A stretch of 64,000 bases of DNA. Source: Chlorobiota bacterium. GTDB taxonomy: Bacteria > Bacteroidota > Ignavibacteria > Kapaibacteriales > HRBIN21. Where the stretch lies: the NCBI GenBank assembly GCA_039630485.1, contig JBCNUX010000001.1:17783-81782 (forward strand), given 5' to 3'. The position numbers and the translations under genes are program-made. How positions within the stretch are numbered: the first letter of the stretch is position 1; the number at the start of each line of letters is the position of its first letter. A model generated the notes under the pieces. It was not told the DNA's origin. It did no database searches and was given only the letters and a program-made list of their open reading frames with translations. Shown here in pieces: positions 58,338 to 64,000 of the stretch.

Positions 58338-61050
58338 GCGAAGACCAGGGGAAGCCGCTGAGAGCTTGGAGGAGCATTTCGCAGGGTGGGTTGGTGCTGT
58401 GCCCCGATTCTGGCTGAACGGGGAAGCCCTCCAGGATAGAGAGGATTCGCTGCCCGGCATCCCGGGCCACTTCAGGATGACGCAACCACAGGTCACCGGC
58501 AGCTGCACAACACTCGGGCGTTGGGTTCGTGAGGACGGTCTCCGCACACGATTGGGCCAGTTGAAGGATAGCCGGCTCTATCCCCATCCGACGGGCAGAG
58601 CACGGGATATGGAGGAAGATGGCCTGCTTACGGCGCCGGGGGGAGAGCCGTGGGAGGAGTGTAGAGCTGAACTCAGCACTGTCCACGACGGGGATTGGAA
58701 GACGGTCGGCGTGGCTGCGGAGCCAGTGGGCACAAGAGCTGCCTTCAACGACCAACAGGCGAGCGCGGTAACGGTGGAGCGCGTTGCCGAGACGTTCAAG
58801 GGCGACCGCTGCGGCTTCGGGAAACCCCTTTGAGGCAAACAATAGCCCGCAGCAGAAGCGGTGATTGTCGGGGAAGAGCATCAGTGGCTCCCCACAGCGC
58901 TGAGCAAGCTCCGGAAGGGCAAGGAGCTCTGGCGTACCGGTCCAGCGCGCAGGACAGCTCAAGAAGAACAACGCTGAATCCGGCGGGGGTGGAGTAGCCC
59001 TCGATTGGGGAAGTGGGGAGCGAAGGCTGGGGTCCCATTTGGGGAGGGCTCCACGACTCCAGCGGTTGAGGCGCTCCGTCAGCCGCTGTAAGCGATGGGC
59101 TCGCATGAAGCGTGCTGCCGTGTGCCCGGCCTGCAGAGCAAGGCGCGTCGTTGCTTCTACTGCCGAGAAGTTCTGGGCCGCAAGCTGGACGCTGGAGCGT
59201 ACAAGGGCCGGGCGAGACTGCTCGCGGAGCTTGCGGACGAGCGCTCCGGTATCGATTCCAACAGGGCAGCGGAGCTGGCAGAGTCCATCGGTAGCGCAGG
59301 TCTCCACAACCTCGTACCACCATGTGGGTTCGTGCGGTCGGGGGAGGTAGCGGAGCAGGGCAATGCGCTGTCGTGGGGTGAGGGTCGTTGTGCGGGAGGG
59401 GCAGACACTTTCGCAGAAGCCGCACTCCATGCAGCGGTCGGCATCGGAGTCCAGCCGCGGCAACTGCTTCAGATTCCTCACATGGAGCTGCTCGCGCTGG
59501 CTCAGGATAACGTCTGGGTTGAGAAGCCCGTCGGGATCGAAGAGGCGCTTGATATGCCACATGAGTTCGTAGGCCTCGTCTCCCCACTCGGCGCGCACGA
59601 ACGGGGCCATGTTACGGCCAGTTCCATGCTCGGCTTTCAGCGAACCACCGAACTGAAGGACGAGCGCTACGACGTCGTCCATCAACTGGGCATAGCGCTC
59701 TACGTCGGCAGGAGTTTGGAGTGGTTGGGGCAAGACGAAGTGGAGGTTGCCGTCCTTGGCATGTCCGAAGATAACAGTGTCGGGGTAGCCATAGTGCGTG
59801 AAGAGCTTCTGGAGATGCCGAACGGTCTCAGGAAGGGCTTCCAGCGGCACGGCAATGTCCTCGCTGATCGGGGTTGTCCCGATTGGGCGTCGGGCTGCAA
59901 CTAAGGGGTAGAGACTCCGGCGAGCTTCCCAGAGGTGAGCTCGCTGCTGTTCGTCGGTTGTCAGGACTAGTAGACGTACCAGCGGCGTAGCAGCGAAGAG
60001 GCGTTCGGTCTCCTGCTGGCACTCTTGGAGTTCGCTCCAGGCAAAGCGTTGGTACTCAAAGAGGAGCGCGGCAGCCGTTGGCGGGAATGTGGCGAGCCCT
60101 TCTGGGATACCCGGCCGGCCGTTGATAGAGCGCAACGATGCACTGTCCAAGAGCTCAACAGCGTCGGCTCCAAGGTCGCGCAGTGCTGGCACTGTGCTGC
60201 AGGCCGCTTCCGGCGAATCGAAGACGGCGAAGCCCGTCAAGCGTAGTGGTGGATCGGGCACAGTCCGCAAGACCACTTCTGCAATGAATCCCAGCGTCCC
60301 CTCTGAGCCTACAAGGAGGTGGGCTAAGATCGCGGCCGGTGAGTCGAAGTCTATGAGGGCGTTGAGGCTGTAGCCGACTGTGTTCTTGAGCTGGTACTTC
60401 TGCTCAATCCGCTGGCATAGCCCCGGTGTAGAGAGGACATGCTGGCGTAGTCGGAGGAGTCCTTCAGCGATTTCGGGGGCTTTTTCTCGCAGGAGATTGT
60501 CGGCGTCTGGGAGGGCTGTGTCGAGGACCAATCCGTTCGGGAGGACGGCAACGAGGGAGTCGAGCGTGCGATACGCCGTGTCGCGGGTTCCACAGCACAT
60601 CCCGCTAGCGTTGTTGGCAACGATACCCCCCACGGTACAGATGGCGATGGAAGCAGGGTCTGGTCCTAAACGCCGCCAGTATGGGCGCAGGTGCTCGTTG
60701 ATGAGCCCAGCGCAGACACCGGGCTGAGACCAGACTCGCTGCCCGCCATCCAGAATCTGCCACCGTTGCCAGTTGCGGCGGACCTCTACGAGGATCCCAT
60801 CTGTGACCGCCTGTCCCGAAAGGCTGGTGCCGGCAGCTCGGAAGGTCAGCGGTACTCTGTACGTCCGGCTCCAGGCGAAGAGCTGCTGGATTTCAGCTAT
60901 CGTCAGCGGGAAGACGACGGCCTGCGGTAAGTACCAGTACAGGCTGGCGTCCGGTGCGAATGCTGTTCGTGTGAGCAGGTCTGTGCGGACGGAGTCCGAG
61001 GCCAGGCAGGAACGGAGTGCTCGTTCAGCTTCCGGCGCAAGAGAGGACAT
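58279..61050 (-). CDS. FAD-binding oxidoreductase fused to Fe-S and CCG domains (D-lactate dehydrogenase/GlcD-GlcF-like)
   Basis: FAD PCMH domain (RAAGTSLSGQAV), two CxxCxxCxxxCP ferredoxin motifs and C-terminal cysteine-rich CCG repeats; 923 aa. Confidence 0.8.
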   Translation of the reverse strand: MSSLAPEAERALRSCLASDSVRTDLLTRTAFAPDASLYWYLPQAVVFPLTIAEIQQLFAWSRTYRVPLTFRAAGTSLSGQAVTDGILVEVRRNWQRWQILDGGQRVWSQPGVCAGLINEHLRPYWRRLGPDPASIAICTVGGIVANNASGMCCGTRDTAYRTLDSLVAVLPNGLVLDTALPDADNLLREKAPEIAEGLLRLRQHVLSTPGLCQRIEQKYQLKNTVGYSLNALIDFDSPAAILAHLLVGSEGTLGFIAEVVLRTVPDPPLRLTGFAVFDSPEAACSTVPALRDLGADAVELLDSASLRSINGRPGIPEGLATFPPTAAALLFEYQRFAWSELQECQQETERLFAATPLVRLLVLTTDEQQRAHLWEARRSLYPLVAARRPIGTTPISEDIAVPLEALPETVRHLQKLFTHYGYPDTVIFGHAKDGNLHFVLPQPLQTPADVERYAQLMDDVVALVLQFGGSLKAEHGTGRNMAPFVRAEWGDEAYELMWHIKRLFDPDGLLNPDVILSQREQLHVRNLKQLPRLDSDADRCMECGFCESVCPSRTTTLTPRQRIALLRYLPRPHEPTWWYEVVETCATDGLCQLRCPVGIDTGALVRKLREQSRPALVRSSVQLAAQNFSAVEATTRLALQAGHTAARFMRAHRLQRLTERLNRWSRGALPKWDPSLRSPLPQSRATPPPPDSALFFLSCPARWTGTPELLALPELAQRCGEPLMLFPDNHRFCCGLLFASKGFPEAAAVALERLGNALHRYRARLLVVEGSSCAHWLRSHADRLPIPVVDSAEFSSTLLPRLSPRRRKQAIFLHIPCSARRMGIEPAILQLAQSCAETVLTNPTPECCAAAGDLWLRHPEVARDAGQRILSILEGFPVQPESGHSTNPPCEMLLQALSGFPWSSLTSLLIWAASPVAAQTPVE

Positions 61051-61053
61051 TCC

Positions 61054-61746
61054 CTACGAGGTAGCCAGCAAATGGATGCAGTAGGTCTGGTACACCCCGT
61101 CCAGCAGTAAGTTCAGAGCGTCGGCGGCTTCACGCGCTGCGTCTATTGCCCGTTCTTGGGCTTCGGTAGTAGCGCAGAGGTGGGCTAGCGCTTCCCGTAC
61201 GACGGTCCGGTGAACCTCGTCAGCATGGAGGTGTACGGTGAAGAAGGCTAGATCTCGTTCGCTAGTGATGCCGTAGTACCGGCGCAGACCCTCCAGCTTG
61301 ACGGCTGCGACCTCTGGGACCTGAGATTCGTAAGCATACAGGGCTGCCAATCCTTCAGCAGGGTGCAGACGAAAGGCTAACTCCCGCAGCAGCTCGACCG
61401 CTAGGCGCGTCTGTGGTAGGTAGCGGTGGCGGAAGACCTCCTCACGTGATACCCCTAGGGCCTCCGCAAACCGGAGCCAGAGCTCGGGGTGGTTGTCTGG
61501 GCCATGCTCCTCCTCCATGAGGTTTTCCAGCAGCATCTGCCGAATGGAGAGTTCGTGGCAGCGGGCATGTGTTGCACTGACGTAGGTTGGGAATGCGTGG
61601 ACGTGGAGGTAGTACTCTTTGGCGTACTGCCGCAGGATTGGGAGTGTCAGTGCCCCTTCGTTCCAGAGCTGGTAGAAAGGATGATAGAGCATATGCCGTT
61701 CAGCAATCACAGCATCCAGGCGCTCCAAGAATTCGGACATCTGCAT
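61054..61746 (-). CDS. PqqC/TenA/CADD-like heme-oxygenase-fold protein
   Basis: [37 protein letters not shown] resembles the PqqC/CADD family. His and Glu residues sit at the expected di-iron positions. Confidence 0.6.
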   Translation of the reverse strand: MQMSEFLERLDAVIAERHMLYHPFYQLWNEGALTLPILRQYAKEYYLHVHAFPTYVSATHARCHELSIRQMLLENLMEEEHGPDNHPELWLRFAEALGVSREEVFRHRYLPQTRLAVELLRELAFRLHPAEGLAALYAYESQVPEVAAVKLEGLRRYYGITSERDLAFFTVHLHADEVHRTVVREALAHLCATTEAQERAIDAAREAADALNLLLDGVYQTYCIHLLATS

Positions 61747-61856
61747 CGAGAGGCTCCAAAAGGAGACCAGCTAAGTCGGCTTTTGGCGCCGCGAAAATAC
61801 GGCTTTGCCTAAATTCGTGCGACGTCGGTGCGTTCCTCAGGCAGCATTGGGAGGCG

Positions 61857-62141
61857 ATGGAAGTGAAGACTCGACCGGGGGAAGAGGTTCTGGAGTATTG
61901 GGCGACAGGGACCGATCTGCCGGCGAGGGTCATACTGTTCAATGATGACTGGCACACGTTCGAGGAGGTGATCCTCCAGCTCATCAAGGCCACGGGTTGC
62001 AGTCGCCAGCGGGCCGAGGCCTTGACGTGGGAGGTGCATACGCGGGGCAAGGCTGCGGTTTACGAGGGAGAGCTGCCACAGTGCCTGCGGGTCAGTTCCG
62101 TGCTGGAAGAGATTGGGCTGCACACACAGATTGAGTGCTAG
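61857..62141 (+). CDS. clpS: ATP-dependent Clp protease adaptor ClpS
   Basis: 94 aa: [44 protein letters not shown]. Start at MEVKTRP, preceded by GGAGG. The 90-aa N-terminal extension in the ORF track was rejected. Confidence 0.9.
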   Translation: MEVKTRPGEEVLEYWATGTDLPARVILFNDDWHTFEEVILQLIKATGCSRQRAEALTWEVHTRGKAAVYEGELPQCLRVSSVLEEIGLHTQIEC

Positions 62142-62142
62142 T

Positions 62143-64000
62143 CTACTGCAGAGGAGGGAGGTCAGGCGGGGGATTGAGTAGGAGGTCGGGGGTCAGTGTG
62201 TCGTAAGGTGTTGGGGTGACGTTGGGAAGCTCGAAGTTGCGGGGACGGTAAGGCAGTGAAGTATCAGCGTAGAGCTTCTGCATTAGGCGCCCCCAGATTG
62301 GGGCAGCAGCACGCCCACCCTGACCGTACCAGCCAGTGAACGTAATCCGCCGGTCGTCGAATCCAACCCAGACACCGGCAGCGACGTCGGGAGTAAAGCC
62401 GACGAACCAGGCATCAGCGAAGTCGTTTGTGGTTCCCGTCTTGCCAGCTGCAGCTCCAGTGTACCACCGCCGGATGCTGCTACCAGTCCCACCGTTGACG
62501 ACCTCGGTGAGCATCGCGATGAGCTGCCGAGCAATAGCCGCAGGCAGGGCGTCAGAGACGGAGCGATGCGTGGTCTCGTCCAGCAGGACGTTGCCGTAGC
62601 GGTCTTCAACGCGGAGCAGGAAGCGGGGCTGAATTCGAATGCCTTGTCGAGCAATTGTGGCGTATGCGTTCGTAAGCTCCAGAGGGGTGACCTCCGAAGC
62701 ACCGAGGGCCAGCGCTGGCACGGGGCGTAGAGGAGTCTCTATCCCCAGGCGGCGGGCTAGGGCTGCGACTTCACTGGGAGTTGTGTACTCCGTGATGAGC
62801 CGTGCAGCGACAGTGTTGATGGAGTACTTCAGCGCTGTGTGCAATGTGACCGTCGGACCTAAGTGTTCACCTGAGCCTTGTGGCGCCCAAACGGTGCCGT
62901 CGGCCAGTACGAGTCGAAATGGTCCGCTGGGGATTTGGAAGTTAGGCGAAAGCCCACGCTGGAGCGCAGCCGCGTAGACAAAAGGCTTGAAAGCCGAACC
63001 AGGTTGTCGCCGGATTTGAATGACGTGGTTCAGGAAGGAGCGGGCTACATATGGGGCAGCTGGAACCTCTGGGGCAGCACCAACGAGGGCCAGGATATCA
63101 CCCGTTGCTATGTCGAGCACCACAACTCCGACTTGGATCCGCGTAGCTGCGTAGCGGACGGAGTCGATCAACCGACGGTCGCTGCGTAGGCGACGAGCAA
63201 CAGCATCACGCTCTTCGGGGCGAGCCGAGAGGTATCGCGGGTCGCGCCGGATGGCCTGGTCGACGAGCTTCGCCAGCAGCCCAGGTGGCCATTTCCATAG
63301 CCGGTCGAAGAGGCGCTGGTACTCGGCTAGGTGTTCGCGCACAGCAGCCAGGGCGTAGCGCTGGATGCGAGCGTTCAGGGTGGTGTAGATCGTGAGTCCA
63401 TCGCGGTAGAGGTCGTATCCCTGCAGCCGAACGTCTTGGCTGATAGTCTGCCGCAGCAACTCCAGGAAGTGAGGAGCGATACCGTGCTGCGTTCGGTGAC
63501 TCGGTGTTGCCACAACGCGCAGCGGTTCACTCATTGCTTGTCGGGCTTGTGATTCGCTGATGAATCCGTTCTCCCACATCAGGCGCAGTACGAGGTTGCG
63601 GCGCTGGAGGGCCCGCTCCGGGTACTCGTGGGCGTCGTAGAGCTCTGGGGCTTTCAAGACGGCGACTAGGTAAGCAATCTCCGACAGGCTCAGCTCAGAA
63701 GGGGACTTGTCGAAGTAGACCTGTGAAGCAACTGTCAGGCCGTAGGCGCCACGCCCGAAGTAGACCGTGTTCGTGTACATCTCCAGGATTTCCTGCTTGC
63801 TGTAGGTGTGCTCAAGCTGGATGGCGGTGATTGCCTCCCGCAGCTTGCGCCAGAGGCTCACTTCGTGCCCAAAGTAGAGGTTGCGCGCAAGTTGCTGCGT
63901 CAGCGTGGAAGCTCCCTCACGTGTCAAGTCCCCAGTGAGGAGGTTTTTGATGAACGCCTTGACGATGCGAGCCATATGGATTCCCCAGTGGCGATAGAAG
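62143..64000 (-). CDS. mrcA: penicillin-binding protein 1A (bifunctional transglycosylase/transpeptidase), 5' end beyond window
   Basis: GT51 motifs: FYRHWGIH (reading through the ORF-track start towards position 64000), GASTLTQQLARN and RKLREAITAIQLE. Transpeptidase SxxK and KTG motifs are present. The frame stays open to the window edge. Confidence 0.9.
   Translation of the reverse strand, partial: FYRHWGIHMARIVKAFIKNLLTGDLTREGASTLTQQLARNLYFGHEVSLWRKLREAITAIQLEHTYSKQEILEMYTNTVYFGRGAYGLTVASQVYFDKSPSELSLSEIAYLVAVLKAPELYDAHEYPERALQRRNLVLRLMWENGFISESQARQAMSEPLRVVATPSHRTQHGIAPHFLELLRQTISQDVRLQGYDLYRDGLTIYTTLNARIQRYALAAVREHLAEYQRLFDRLWKWPPGLLAKLVDQAIRRDPRYLSARPEERDAVARRLRSDRRLIDSVRYAATRIQVGVVVLDIATGDILALVGAAPEVPAAPYVARSFLNHVIQIRRQPGSAFKPFVYAAALQRGLSPNFQIPSGPFRLVLADGTVWAPQGSGEHLGPTVTLHTALKYSINTVAARLITEYTTPSEVAALARRLGIETPLRPVPALALGASEVTPLELTNAYATIARQGIRIQPRFLLRVEDRYGNVLLDETTHRSVSDALPAAIARQLIAMLTEVVNGGTGSSIRRWYTGAAAGKTGTTNDFADAWFVGFTPDVAAGVWVGFDDRRITFTGWYGQGGRAAAPIWGRLMQKLYADTSLPYRPRNFELPNVTPTPYDTLTPDLLLNPPPDLPPLQ

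Noticed and set aside
61587-61856. 90-aa extension upstream of ClpS
   Set aside because: ClpS is about 95-100 aa. The conserved core begins at MEVKTRP and is preceded by GGAGG. The extension is Arg/Ser-rich and overlaps the divergent PqqC-like gene's start region.
1-64000. CRISPR arrays, rRNA genes, IS elements, integrases or phage genes
   Set aside because: No tandem direct repeats with unique spacers, no rRNA-like stretches, and no transposase, integrase or phage structural-protein signatures were seen in any frame.

Overview
This window is a GC-rich, gene-dense chromosomal segment. I found about 55 protein-coding genes, one tRNA-Pro(TGG), and no rRNA, CRISPR array, transposase or integrase. 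The gene content points to a Bacteroidota/Rhodothermota-like bacterium, based on these observations:

- A roughly 2,220-aa SprA-like type IX secretion (T9SS) translocon protein.
- A secreted metzincin with a T9SS C-terminal sorting domain.
- Kynurenine-pathway genes (kynurenine 3-monooxygenase and 3-hydroxyanthranilate dioxygenase).
- An atpZ/I-B-E-F-H-A-G operon without atpDC.
- Bacteroidetes-type TAnnTTTG motifs upstream of several genes.

The rest is mostly housekeeping:

- rpoN, tmk, rsmI, topA, murD, an LptF/G permease, rsmF, dtd and ffh-rpsP-rlmB.
- An ECF sigma/anti-sigma pair, radA and rho.
- A cation-diffusion-facilitator (CDF) transporter, a sodium:solute symporter, clpS and a 5'-truncated PBP1A.
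- Two glycosyltransferase family 9 (GT9) heptosyltransferase-like genes.

I see no obvious mobile element or defence island. The observations I would follow up are:

- A translationally coupled pair of uncharacterised membrane proteins (18154-20228) with a stator-like charged-residue-in-transmembrane-helix pattern, sitting next to an LptF/G-like permease.
- hldD embedded inside the F1Fo ATP synthase operon.
- A Nudix-TadA fusion.
- An orphan hairpin plus U-run in the amidohydrolase/ffh intergenic region.
- A PqqC/CADD-like protein beside a Dld-like FAD/Fe-S oxidoreductase.

Several long ORFs in the six-frame track are over-extended at the 5' end, and I corrected them. Many antisense ORFs inside genes are GC-driven artefacts. 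All identifications rest on motif recognition from memory, not database searches.
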